A DNA stretch of 64,000 bases, from positions 684,157-748,156 of the forward strand of contig CAWELB010000008.1 in the NCBI GenBank assembly GCA_963809805.1, read 5' to 3'. Below, one piece after another: positions 27,630 through 36,421 of the stretch. The notes beneath the pieces were generated by a model that saw only the letters and a program-made list of their open reading frames with translations, was not told where the DNA came from and searched no databases. Source of the stretch: an uncultured Chloroflexia bacterium. GTDB taxonomy: Bacteria; Chloroflexota; Anaerolineae; Anaerolineales; UBA4823. Within the stretch, counting starts at the first letter, position 1; each line of letters opens with the position of its first letter. A program made the position numbers and the translations under genes.

Positions 27630-29258
27630 TTAGATGTCGAGGTGTGATTGTTTACCTTGTGCTTGTCTCACCTTTTGAGCAGTAATAAAAGTGCCGGTTT
27701 CGGGAGGCATTTGTACCATAGATCCTGCCAGAATCTGCTCGATGGTGAGGATTTGGAGACGAGGGAATGATTTCTGCCAGAATTCAGATTTGTAATAGCC
27801 GGCTGTTGATGCAGCTGCAATCATATCCCGGGTAGCTGACTCGAGTGTGATCAATACACCAATCTCAGCATGTTCATTATTCAGGGTGCCGATGAGATCT
27901 CGGATCGTACTGGCATTCACGTGGCCAGATTTAACCTGGACCAGGACTCGCTTGAGCTCCTGTTTGGCTGAATCGATGTAATTGATTACGCCATCGATGC
28001 CCTTATCGCTACCTTTTTTACCAGTTCCGCCCAAATCAGTACCGCCCAACGGTTTCGCACCAACCAAAGAAAGCGCCCACCATTGGAATTGGTAGCGATC
28101 ACGTTGTGCCAGATTGCGAGCAGATCCCAGATCCTCCGGTTTGCCGATAACTTCAAACAGTATTCCTGGGAACATGGCTTTCATTCGATTTTCGATAAGG
28201 TTGATAGAGAGATAAGTTATATCAATACCGATCCACTGACGGCCAAGTTTTTCGGCAGCTGCGATAGCTGTTCCACAGCCGCAAAATGGATCCAGGACTA
28301 TATCACCTGGGTTAGAGGAAGCCAGGATAATGCGCTCTAAAAGTGGAATTGGTTTTTGGGTCGGGTATCCTAAGCGCTCAGCTGCTTGTGCACCGATTGG
28401 GGGAATATCATCCCAAATGTCTTGAAGTGGCAGACCGGACATTTCGTCTAAATATCTTTTATATTGTGGAACTGCCCCTGCCTTGGTTTGGACGATTCGT
28501 CCTTGCTTGTAGAGTTCCTCCATGCGTTCTTTTTTATAGCGCCAGTACCTAACAACGCCTAGAAATTCATATTGGGGGTTACCTTTTGATGCTCCTCCTG
28601 GACCTGTTATGTCTCCCAACCTATATCGTCGTCCATCTGGATCTTTATACTTGTAAAAGCTGTTTAAATAACTTTCATCATAAGGTTGGTATATCTCGTT
28701 ATGGATGGCTTGTATTGATTTTGTGTAGTACAAGATTGTGTCATGAATCCTGCCCATATGTAAAACATTGCCTTGCTTTGAGTCGCTGTGCGCACTAGTT
28801 CGTTTCCAGATAATCTCATTTTGAAAGTTTTGGAAACCGAAAACCGTATCCAAAATAATTTTAAGATAATGGCTCGCAGTTGGGTCGCAGTGCAGATATA
28901 GGCTACCAGTGGGTTTTAGCACTCGCTGCAGCTCCACAAGGCGAGCGGCCATCATTATCAGATAAGCCAGCATCTGATTCTCACCGATAACGGTGCGTAA
29001 AGAGGCTAGGAGATCGTCAACTACGCCTGGGTTGGCCTGCAGAATATCGAGATAGGCCTGCTCAGCGGATGGACCCCAATGCCAGGTGTCATCGAAAGCG
29101 GTGATTTGAGCATCGGAGGAGATTCCACTTTCGTCCTTAAAAAGGACATTGTAGGACCGGGACGAATTGAAGGGTGGGTCCAAATAAATCAAATCGACTG
29201 AGCTCGCAGGCATTGCCCTCAGAATCGGGAGGTTATCACCATAATAAAGTTGGTTCAT
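27630..29258 (-). CDS. beta-class N6A/N4C DNA methyltransferase fused to a C-terminal Mrr-like PD-(D/E)xK domain
   Basis: Motif IV is IYLDPPFNS near the N-terminus, and motif I is VLDPFCGCGTAIAAA at ~aa 340. The C-terminal GIDGVINYID...VLVQVKSG resembles the D...(Q/E)xK restriction-endonuclease core. Confidence 0.8.
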   Translation of the reverse strand: MNQLYYGDNLPILRAMPASSVDLIYLDPPFNSSRSYNVLFKDESGISSDAQITAFDDTWHWGPSAEQAYLDILQANPGVVDDLLASLRTVIGENQMLAYLIMMAARLVELQRVLKPTGSLYLHCDPTASHYLKIILDTVFGFQNFQNEIIWKRTSAHSDSKQGNVLHMGRIHDTILYYTKSIQAIHNEIYQPYDESYLNSFYKYKDPDGRRYRLGDITGPGGASKGNPQYEFLGVVRYWRYKKERMEELYKQGRIVQTKAGAVPQYKRYLDEMSGLPLQDIWDDIPPIGAQAAERLGYPTQKPIPLLERIILASSNPGDIVLDPFCGCGTAIAAAEKLGRQWIGIDITYLSINLIENRMKAMFPGILFEVIGKPEDLGSARNLAQRDRYQFQWWALSLVGAKPLGGTDLGGTGKKGSDKGIDGVINYIDSAKQELKRVLVQVKSGHVNASTIRDLIGTLNNEHAEIGVLITLESATRDMIAAASTAGYYKSEFWQKSFPRLQILTIEQILAGSMVQMPPETGTFITAQKVRQAQGKQSHLDI

Positions 29259-29296
29259 ATAAAAAAACCTTTTTAATAGAATCTTATATAATTATC

Positions 29297-29488
29297 TTAA
29301 TTATCCTTTTCTTTATCTCCCCATTTTTTATATGCATTTTCTGGTTTAGGGATTTTGGGAATGGGTGGTGGCTCTTTTCGAGTAGTAGGCTCTGTTGAAG
29401 GTATTGGTGGAATCGGTGGAGGCGAAGTGGGTTTTGGTTGGTCCGTTGAAGTAGGTTTATCATCTTTTAACATCTCTATATTCTCCAC
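29297..29488 (-). CDS. possible small Pro-rich protein upstream of the methyltransferase
   Basis: 63-codon ORF (KPTSPPPIPPIPSTEPTTRKEPPPIPKIPKP) on the same strand as the MTase. It is low complexity, so coding status is uncertain. Confidence 0.25.
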   Translation of the reverse strand: MENIEMLKDDKPTSTDQPKPTSPPPIPPIPSTEPTTRKEPPPIPKIPKPENAYKKWGDKEKDN

Positions 29489-29498
29489 GGAGGTAATA

Positions 29499-29993
29499 AT
29501 GAACGAAAATGAGAATGAGATTCAAAATGAAGAAGCTGGTCTACAGATCTCGATCCAAGAAATGAAGCAGAATTTAACCAAGCAATTTGAAAGTATGGAT
29601 GCTATAAAATCTTCAGCTCGTACTATTTTTGGAGCTGGAAGTTTAATAATTTCCATTATAAGTGCTTTCGAATTAGGAAAAATGAACCAATCATGGTTTC
29701 TTCTTTTGTTTTTGTTTCTTTATATTTTATTAGTCATTATTTGTATTTATATTCTTGCTCCAGTGAAGATGGATCTTCCAGTAAAATCCGATTGGGGTGA
29801 AATATACGAATTTTTTATGGGCGAAAAAATCCCTGTGCTTCGGACCTGGGTATATTCATACATCCACACTATTCAGGAAAATAATAAAATAGTTGTCAAA
29901 CGAGAGAAACTGACTGTAATTGCAGGTATTATTTTAGCCATCATTGTTGTTTTGATATTGTCTTTTAGCTATTTGACACAACCAACTTCTTAA
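29499..29993 (+). CDS. hypothetical 3-TM membrane protein
   Basis: GGAGG-N5-ATG at 29499. An acidic or coiled N-terminus (MNENENEIQNEE...) is followed by two adjacent TM helices, a ~55-aa loop and a third TM. The gene is very AT-rich. Confidence 0.6.
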   Translation: MNENENEIQNEEAGLQISIQEMKQNLTKQFESMDAIKSSARTIFGAGSLIISIISAFELGKMNQSWFLLLFLFLYILLVIICIYILAPVKMDLPVKSDWGEIYEFFMGEKIPVLRTWVYSYIHTIQENNKIVVKREKLTVIAGIILAIIVVLILSFSYLTQPTS

Positions 29994-30194
29994 GAATGGC
30001 AAATTATTTCTGCAGCTGGATCCGGAATATTTGTGATGTTGACTATGATGTAACGATGGAAATTGCTAATACATAGTATATATCTAAAGAAACAAAATTC
30101 ATAATCTTAATAGAGTATTATTTAAAACAACCTAAGTGGTTAGAATATATGTTTTCGGGTTTTTGCTTTTATGTTATTATTGGCAGCAGGAATA

Positions 30195-30316
30195 AAAATC
30201 GCTCCGCAGTGTGTTTGCACTCGGAGCGGTGACCAGGCCGGCGAATGGCCTAGCAAAATAGATTATACCATTGCCTTATAAAAGCCGTTCGCTACATATC
30301 GAACGGCTTTTATTTT
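30195..30316 (+). ncRNA. candidate structured leader / small RNA ending in an intrinsic terminator
   Basis: Three consecutive hairpins. The first is 30200-30228 (cgctccg...cggagcg). The second is 30235-30251 (aggcc-ggcgaat-ggcct). The third is a 12-bp stem, aaaagccgttcg / cgaacggctttt, at 30280-30311, followed by a T-rich run. Confidence 0.3.
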
Positions 30317-30327
30317 AGGAATTTAAA

Positions 30328-30918
30328 ATGGATTTTCTTAAAAGGTCTACACAATACATTCGAAAGAAAAAATTGATTAAAGCAAAACAGAGATATGATA
30401 ATCAGCTTGAAAAATTTACTCGAGCACAAGCCGATTGGTATGAATTACTGTGTAGGAGAGATAAAGCATCAATGAATGATATTGTTTATCTTAAAAACAT
30501 CGATAAGGTTTCATTATTACTGGCTCTTGATGGATATGATCCTAAAAAAACGCTCGATAAATTCGATGATATTGTTCGTGAAAAAAATCCCCTGCCCAAA
30601 ATGAATCCAATTACTTATTTGGATAGTCTTGAATCCAAAACATTAGCTGAAAGAGCAGACATTTTAGAATTCGCTACCCTTTATTGGATTGGTGAGCTTG
30701 ATCGAGATGATATTGACTTACTAATCCACGATATGAAAAACACTTCGGTGTTATTTTCGGATTTAGTTGGATTGCTCACATTCTGTGATTTGTCTGGCTG
30801 GTGGAAAGAAAAGGGATATAACAAGCAAAAGCTCAAAGAAAAATGGGAGAGAGATAAACAAATCGTCAATCGTGAGACGTGGCATATGCGATTTAAAAAC
30901 GCAAGGGGTATAACCTAA
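30328..30918 (+). CDS. hypothetical protein (196 aa), no recognisable domain
   Basis: AGGA-N7-ATG start. The gene is AT-rich and is followed by a clean terminator at 30960-30993. Confidence 0.6.
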   Translation: MDFLKRSTQYIRKKKLIKAKQRYDNQLEKFTRAQADWYELLCRRDKASMNDIVYLKNIDKVSLLLALDGYDPKKTLDKFDDIVREKNPLPKMNPITYLDSLESKTLAERADILEFATLYWIGELDRDDIDLLIHDMKNTSVLFSDLVGLLTFCDLSGWWKEKGYNKQKLKEKWERDKQIVNRETWHMRFKNARGIT

Positions 30919-30959
30919 TGTCGTCTGGGTTATAGTCGTAAAATGCATTACTTATGTAA

Positions 30960-30993
30960 AAATGGACCGCATAAAGCGGTCCATTTGTTTTTT
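30960..30993 (+). terminator. intrinsic terminator
   Basis: aaatggaccgc-ataaa-gcggtccattt followed by gtttttt. Confidence 0.8.
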
Positions 30994-31002
30994 GGAGGTT
31001 AT

Positions 31003-31203
31003 ATGCCTGCACGAACAGAAAATTTCGTTTTCAGAATATCCCATCAAGAGCGAGCTTTAATCAATCAGATGGCGGAGCAAATGAGTAGGAAACCTGGAGA
31101 TGCTGCTCGTTTCGTGGTGCTTACTACTGCAAAAGAGATGATTAACGATGGGAAAATATTATTCGAAGCAAAGGAGGCGTCAAATGCTGAACCCTCCCGA
31201 TGA
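31003..31203 (+). CDS. small RHH/CopG-like DNA-binding protein (putative element regulator)
   Basis: GGAGG-N4-ATG at 31003. The 66-aa product has NFVFRISHQERALINQMAEQM, a beta-strand-helix pattern as in ribbon-helix-helix proteins. Confidence 0.45.
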   Translation: MPARTENFVFRISHQERALINQMAEQMSRKPGDAARFVVLTTAKEMINDGKILFEAKEASNAEPSR

Positions 31204-31435
31204 TCGTGATCGGCTAAGTTCTGAAAAACCCAAGGTGACATTGCAGCTCAGCAGCCTACCTGATAGGTTGTTGACAGCGCCTGAGGTCGCCAGCATTTTG
31301 CATGTGAGTGTGGTCCAGATTTACCGCTTGGCACGGCTGGGCGAGCTCGGATCAGTACCATTTCGGTCATCTGTGCGTTTTTTACCGATTCATGTCACAC
31401 AATTTATTTCTGGGCACGTTCGAGGTGTAGGCTAA
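31184..31435 (+). CDS. excisionase-family helix-turn-helix protein
   Basis: AGGAGG-N6-ATG at 31184. LLTAPEVASILHVSVVQIYRLARLGELGSV matches the MerR/Xis-type HTH_17 pattern. Confidence 0.6.
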   Translation: MLNPPDDRDRLSSEKPKVTLQLSSLPDRLLTAPEVASILHVSVVQIYRLARLGELGSVPFRSSVRFLPIHVTQFISGHVRGVG

Positions 31436-31621
31436 AACAACGCCTGCACATTGTCAGGGCGGACCAGGTGACAGAGCGCTGCTGGGCGGTCCCGTGAAAC
31501 TCATTGTTAATACTAACGCAACCGGCAGGAATTGGAGGGTACAGACGTTCACATACTAGCAAATAACATAATTTATGTCTAACTGAACCCATATTAACCT
31601 AAACTTACAAGGAGAAATAGC

Positions 31622-32017
31622 GTGAAAATTTCTGAAGCATTTCCATCAAAATATCTGAAAGCGGATGACTTGACCGGAAAAATTGCCGTGACTATCCTCG
31701 ATGTGCTCCAGGAGTCAGTGGGATCGGACAAATCCGTTAAGTTGGTTTTGTACTTTCGTGAACTTGCGAAGCCGATGATCTGCAACCGTACGAATGGTGA
31801 CATGATTGCGCAGTTGCATGGCGACGAAACAGATGGTTGGCGTTCCAAACGGATCGTACTGACAAGGGCATTAGTCGGATTTCAGGGGAAAAATGTCCCT
31901 GCAATTCGGGTATGTGACTTCATACCTGGAAGCAAGAAGGCAACTCCACCTCCACCCAGTGCTGAATTTGTAGAAGAAGCGGATTATGTAGAACCCGATG
32001 AAGTTGTGGATCTATAA
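31622..32017 (+). CDS. hypothetical phage-like protein
   Basis: 131 aa with a GTG start after AAGGAGA. It is co-oriented with and overlaps the primase gene. Confidence 0.5.
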   Translation: MKISEAFPSKYLKADDLTGKIAVTILDVLQESVGSDKSVKLVLYFRELAKPMICNRTNGDMIAQLHGDETDGWRSKRIVLTRALVGFQGKNVPAIRVCDFIPGSKKATPPPPSAEFVEEADYVEPDEVVDL

Positions 32018-33082
32018 CATAGGAGAGGGAGGGGTGTCACATCGTGGTGACACCCCTCCAGGATATATTATGGACGTAGCAACAGCAAAACAAGTTGACA
32101 TAATGCAGCTGCTAGGCGCCTGGCCATTACGCCGTGCTGCAAGCACAGGGGGAGGGGAGTTGCACGGTCCATGTCCATTTTGTGGAGGAACCGACAGATT
32201 TTGTGTACAGCCAAACCATCCTGAAGGGGGAAGGTGGTACTGCCGGCAGTGTGGTGATAATCGATGGCATGATGTCATCGACTTTGTGATGCGAAGATCC
32301 GGTGTAAGCATGCCCAAGGCAGTCCGGATGTTGGATACTTCCCAGACTGAACATGTGCTGCTGAAAGTAACTGCAAGTACAACAGGATCCGCTCCAGGCC
32401 CGGACCGGGCTACCTGGTCTGCAGCTGCATGGAAGTTTACCCGTGACTGTATTTCGTATCTGTGGGAGCCGGAAGGGGATAGAGCACGTGAATATCTACA
32501 CGGAAGAGGCCTGGACGATCAGACATTAGCCATTTGGCATATTGGATATAACCCATACAATGGGACTGACAGCTGGAGAAATTGGGGGGTCGCTCCTGGA
32601 GAAACGGTGCATCTGCCAGCTGGTATCGTCATCCCGTGTATTGCAGCTGGTGAGCTCCATTATGTGAAAGTCCGTAGGAATGACTGCAATCCAAAATATC
32701 AGATGCTGAAAGGATCGTCGTATTGGCTATTTGGGGCTGACACCTTCCAGGACAATTTGTTGGGCTATTTATTCGAGAGCGAATTGGACGTGTTGCTTGC
32801 TTGGCAGACGGGATTGAATATCGGATACGCATCAATTCCAGCCAGTGGAGTCCTGAAGCCGGAATGGTTGAAAAATCCAAATGTGAAGACATCCTGGTAG
32901 CACCGGATAATGATAGTGAGGGTGACAAAGCAGCTGAAAAGCTATGCAATCAGTCTTCCCATATCCAGCTGGCCGATCATGTCCCCACAGGTAAGGATTT
33001 GACTGAGTATTACCAAGCTGGTGGTGATGTTCTTACATGGTTATTGGAACAGCTGGAGCGTCTAAAATGCCCACAGAACTAG
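31998..33082 (+). pseudogene. Zn-finger / Toprim DNA primase, split by a 1-nt frameshift
   Basis: Zn-binding CPFCGGTDRF...YCRQCGDNRWHDVIDFVM and the Toprim Glu (FESELDVLLAWQ) are in frame A, which ends at 32900. The Toprim DxD (ILVAPDNDSEGDKAA) is in the frame of ORF 32801-33082. The switch maps to the A5 run at 32871-32875. Confidence 0.75.
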
Positions 33083-34098
33083 CGAACGACCTGGCAGGCA
33101 AGGAAAAGCTGAAATATACAATCAGAAACGCATCCTACGCACTGCAGCCCCAGGCACCACCGGATTGGATCGTGGATAAGCTGATCACCACCAGCAGTGT
33201 GTCCATTGTATTCGGTGAATCGGGAAGTAAGAAGACCTATGCCATGCTAAGCCTGGGAGTATGTGTGGCATTGGGTAAGGATTGGCTGAACTTCAAGACC
33301 AAGAAATCCCGTGTTCTGTTCGTCGACGAAGAGATGGGGGAATATTGGATCAGCCATAGGCTGGGTCGTGCCATACGGGGTGAGCTGGGTGACGAGAACA
33401 TACCATTCGACTTTGTATCACTGGCTGGATTCAAGCTGGATAAAAGAGAATCAGAAGAGCTGCTGGAAGCAGAGATTACACGGCTGGGGTCCCAACTTGT
33501 GATTATCGACAGTTTGAGTGAAATCATGGACGGCGATGAGAACAGCAAACAAGAAACACTGCCGGTCTTCAATGCCCTCCGGCGAATATCAGCGAGCACT
33601 GGAGCTGCCCTCATCCTGGTCCACCATCCGAACAAGATCGGGCTATATCGTGGATCTTCAGCCATAAAGCAGGCTGTTGACCTGATGGTGAAGGTCGAAT
33701 GCAAGGATGGATCCGACTGGATCAAGTTCAAATCCGAGAAGGTTCGACACATCGAGCCGGCCACGTTCAATGGGGTCTTCACCTGGACAGAAGACCAGTT
33801 CTATCTGCAGTTTGCGGAGAATACCAAGAATAAGGAGAAGGAACTATCCAAGAGCCAGAATTATGTAATTCAGTTCCTGAAGAAGCACGGTGCATCCACC
33901 CGTACAGATATTATGAATAATGCTGAAGTGTGCAGCGAGATATCTGCCAAGAACGCGGTCTATAGCCTGGCTGACCTGGGAATGATATACAGAACGAACC
34001 CCGGGGTAAGTGGCCCGGGTAACGATGCTATCTATGACCTGACTGAGAAGGGCAGCGCTTCCGATAGCAATGGCGGTGATGATGATTACACCGACTAA
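33037..34098 (+). CDS. RecA-like replicative ATPase/helicase (AAA_25 / RepA-like) with C-terminal wHTH
   Basis: Walker A is GESGSKKTY, Walker B is VLFVDEE / LVIIDSL, and ...LILVHHPNK is typical of AAA_25 proteins encoded next to primases. Confidence 0.7.
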   Translation: MVIGTAGASKMPTELANDLAGKEKLKYTIRNASYALQPQAPPDWIVDKLITTSSVSIVFGESGSKKTYAMLSLGVCVALGKDWLNFKTKKSRVLFVDEEMGEYWISHRLGRAIRGELGDENIPFDFVSLAGFKLDKRESEELLEAEITRLGSQLVIIDSLSEIMDGDENSKQETLPVFNALRRISASTGAALILVHHPNKIGLYRGSSAIKQAVDLMVKVECKDGSDWIKFKSEKVRHIEPATFNGVFTWTEDQFYLQFAENTKNKEKELSKSQNYVIQFLKKHGASTRTDIMNNAEVCSEISAKNAVYSLADLGMIYRTNPGVSGPGNDAIYDLTEKGSASDSNGGDDDYTD

Positions 34099-34113
34099 CA
34101 ACTTAAGCATAAT

Positions 34114-34213
34114 GTGTATTGTGTCCCGAATGTGTCCCGATGTTGCACATTCGGATGGTGTGACACATATGTGTCCCATCCCCCCTATTTATAGGGGATG
34201 GGACACAATACAC
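34114..34213. repeat. iteron / nested inverted-repeat cluster, putative replication origin
   Basis: GTGTCCC occurs at 34121, 34132 and 34171, and inverted at 34200-34206. There is a 14-bp outer IR (34114-34127 / 34200-34213), a 9-bp IR (34126-34134 / 34146-34154), a 14-bp palindrome (34162-34175) and a 13-bp hairpin (34171-34183 / 34194-34206). Confidence 0.6.
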
Positions 34214-34275
34214 ACTTCTTTGCTGGAATATTTTTTAACTTGTGCGCCGGCTGGCACACTTAAAAGGGTGATGAG

Positions 34276-34485
34276 ATGACGAAACGTGGCAGAAGGTCGA
34301 GCGGTAACTATAAGAAGGCCATCCTGGAATCGATCCAGGCTGGTGAGCTGCAGCCCCAGGCTGGCAAGGTGATCCAGGTGGATGTGATCCACAAGGATGG
34401 ATGTTCCTTCTTGCGTGGCGGTGAATGTGACTGCGATCCGGATATATTGCAGCGATCTGATACAAAGGAGAGCGAGCATGGCTAA
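34276..34485 (+). CDS. small hypothetical protein
   Basis: 69 aa with a basic N-terminus and a CxC...C cluster. It overlaps the next gene by 8 nt. Confidence 0.4.
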   Translation: MTKRGRRSSGNYKKAILESIQAGELQPQAGKVIQVDVIHKDGCSFLRGGECDCDPDILQRSDTKESEHG

Positions 34486-34777
34486 GAAAACTGATAACAA
34501 TCAGGCTGAAATTGTTAGAGGGTTACGCTCAATAGGCGCATCCGTGACTGTACTGTCATCCGTTGGCGGTGGCTGCCCGGATTTAATCTGTGGTTATCGT
34601 GAAAGGAATTATCTGTTTGAGTGCAAAAATCTGGAAGGTAGAGGCGACCGGCTCACCCCAGCTGAAGAGGCCTGGATCCGTTCATGGGGCGGCCAGATTG
34701 CGATAATTTTCAACGTCGAGCAAGCACTGGCAGTTATGCAGGATGCTGATTATGAAGATGCAGTCGATCTATCATAG
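34478..34777 (+). CDS. VRR-NUC domain nuclease
   Basis: AGGAG-N7-ATG at 34478. The PD-(D/E)xK core is GGCPDLICG...LFECKN. Confidence 0.65.
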   Translation: MAKKTDNNQAEIVRGLRSIGASVTVLSSVGGGCPDLICGYRERNYLFECKNLEGRGDRLTPAEEAWIRSWGGQIAIIFNVEQALAVMQDADYEDAVDLS

Positions 34778-34887
34778 CCTGTTGGGGGTATGGCCTAATA
34801 AAGTTTTGAGAGGGGTGTCTGCAAGCGGGCGGGGCGGTTCGCACGAAAAATATTTATATTTAGAAAAATCCAGGAATAAGGTGAATT

Positions 34888-35391
34888 ATGGCACGTGGCA
34901 AACCTAACATACTTTCGAGAAAACCGACCGACCGGAAGCGTACAGAGGCAAAAGCGGAGGCGGAGGAAGCATTCAGAGCAGGAGATCTTCCCAACTCGCC
35001 ACCCGTTGAGCTCAGGGGAATGCCTGCAGCTCAGAGGGCATGGCGCCAGTTGCTGAGGGCACATTCACAATTACCTGGGCAGCTCTTTAATAGATTGGAC
35101 ATGGATTTTATCATCATCTACTGCCAGGCTGTTCAATCAAGGCAGCGGGCTGTAGTTATGGAAATCGCAGCACATAAGATGTTTTTAGAGGGTCACATGG
35201 ATCTCGATAGCCTACTGAAAATTAGGACGGAGCTCCGTATGAGCAGCAAACTCGTAACGGATCTTCTGAAACAACTATTTTGTACGCCAAGATCCAGAGG
35301 GGGTGTTTCGCCAGTTCGTGAGGAAACGCCCGAGCAGGTCGTCGAGCGAGAGATTGCAGATTTGAATAAACTACTAGGGGGATCCAGATGA
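34888..35391 (+). CDS. phage terminase small subunit, P27-family-like
   Basis: 167 aa with a basic N-terminus (ARGKPNILSRKPTDRKR), ...AAQRAWRQLL...IIIYCQAVQSRQRA... and ...LKQLFCTPRSRGGV, following the Terminase_4 pattern. Confidence 0.5.
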   Translation: MARGKPNILSRKPTDRKRTEAKAEAEEAFRAGDLPNSPPVELRGMPAAQRAWRQLLRAHSQLPGQLFNRLDMDFIIIYCQAVQSRQRAVVMEIAAHKMFLEGHMDLDSLLKIRTELRMSSKLVTDLLKQLFCTPRSRGGVSPVREETPEQVVEREIADLNKLLGGSR

Positions 35392-35780
35392 AGAAGCAAA
35401 TGATTTTCGACAAGGCGTCAGATGTCCCTTATGACCATCAAATTCTTTGCGTGGATGACCTCGAGAATGAGGAGCTTGAAATATACACTCTCATATTACC
35501 CAAACTGACCGATCCAGAACCTGCGCAGCTCCACATGTTGGCCTGTTACAGTTTTGCATCTGCTGAATTCAGAAAAGCAAACGGGAATCATGCGCTTCAG
35601 GCCTGGCTGCAACGCTGCATGGTCTACGCCCGGAATGGTCTCGGATTATGGAAACCTAAATTTATTGACTATTTTGTACTGCTGCTTGATGAAGAGCAAG
35701 GTTGGCCGCCGGTCTTATATTTTCTGGAACAAGATTGGCAGTATGGCAAAGAACTACCCCTGCCTGCTGCGGTTGATTAA
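35388..35780 (+). CDS. hypothetical protein
   Basis: 130 aa. It is coupled to the TerS stop by an ATGA overlap. Confidence 0.5.
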   Translation: MKKQMIFDKASDVPYDHQILCVDDLENEELEIYTLILPKLTDPEPAQLHMLACYSFASAEFRKANGNHALQAWLQRCMVYARNGLGLWKPKFIDYFVLLLDEEQGWPPVLYFLEQDWQYGKELPLPAAVD

Positions 35781-35820
35781 CCGGTTAAACCCCGGATACT
35801 ATTTTGAAAGGACAATTGAA

Positions 35821-36225
35821 ATGGCAAACAAATTTAATAAATCTACTGTCACGATTTCAAAAGGCTCAAAAGAATCAACACCCCTTTTTCTTGGTGGTTC
35901 AAAAATAAGAACTCTTGGATTGCCAGTCGACGAAAACGGATCGGTTAATTTCTCGGGATCAGCTTTGAGTTTCTTCGGGACGTATGACGGACCACACTGG
36001 TTTTCACTTAACGATGTCACCGGGAAAACTTTGGTGGTGTCTACCAGAGTGCAGCAAAATTACATCACAGCGCCCTCTGCTTTAGCATCGGCACCGGCGA
36101 TGGTTCCGTTATCCCTACCAAATGCTGCGTTATTCGAAGGGGTCCTAACGGTCATCTTGATCTCAAATGTAATCGAGAGTGCAGATCGATCGATCGATGT
36201 TTATACCGAGGGTTCAAATCTGTAG
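35821..36225 (+). CDS. hypothetical protein
   Basis: Internal ATG at 35821 of ORF 35554-36225. The 134-aa product is rich in beta-type residues. The upstream part of the ORF overlaps the previous gene. Confidence 0.45.
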   Translation: MANKFNKSTVTISKGSKESTPLFLGGSKIRTLGLPVDENGSVNFSGSALSFFGTYDGPHWFSLNDVTGKTLVVSTRVQQNYITAPSALASAPAMVPLSLPNAALFEGVLTVILISNVIESADRSIDVYTEGSNL

Positions 36226-36421
36226 AGCACTTATTCGCCTACCAGGGTCGTAGGGTTGCCCTGGCAGGGCAGGATCAGGAGGGTCCTCCTTCCCCCACTG
36301 GTCCTGGAGGTTCTGCGCAGAGGTGCCCGCCTTTCTAACAAGGGAGGCGGGCCACCTCGGGAGGGGCCAGTTCATTACTAACCGATAAAAATCGGCTCAT
36401 TGATTAGGAGAAAATAATATC

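Noticed and set aside
29355-29498. The N-terminal extension of the 212-aa ORF (MGMGGGSFRVVGSVEGIGGIGGGE...).
   Set aside because: The Gly-rich extension is the antisense of the Pro-rich ORF. A GGAGG-spaced ATG at 29499 gives a sensible start for the membrane protein.
33237-33782. A 181-aa minus-strand ORF inside the helicase gene.
   Set aside because: It is antisense to the ORF with Walker A/B motifs, and its Ser/Pro-rich product has no motifs.
34070-34279. A 69-aa ORF across the iteron cluster.
   Set aside because: The sequence is dominated by nested inverted repeats and repeated GTGTCCC motifs. It has no RBS and is more plausibly noncoding origin or operator DNA.
35554-35820. The upstream part of the 223-aa ORF 35554-36225.
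   Set aside because: It overlaps the 35388-35780 gene out of frame. The ATG at 35821 after that gene's stop is the more plausible start.
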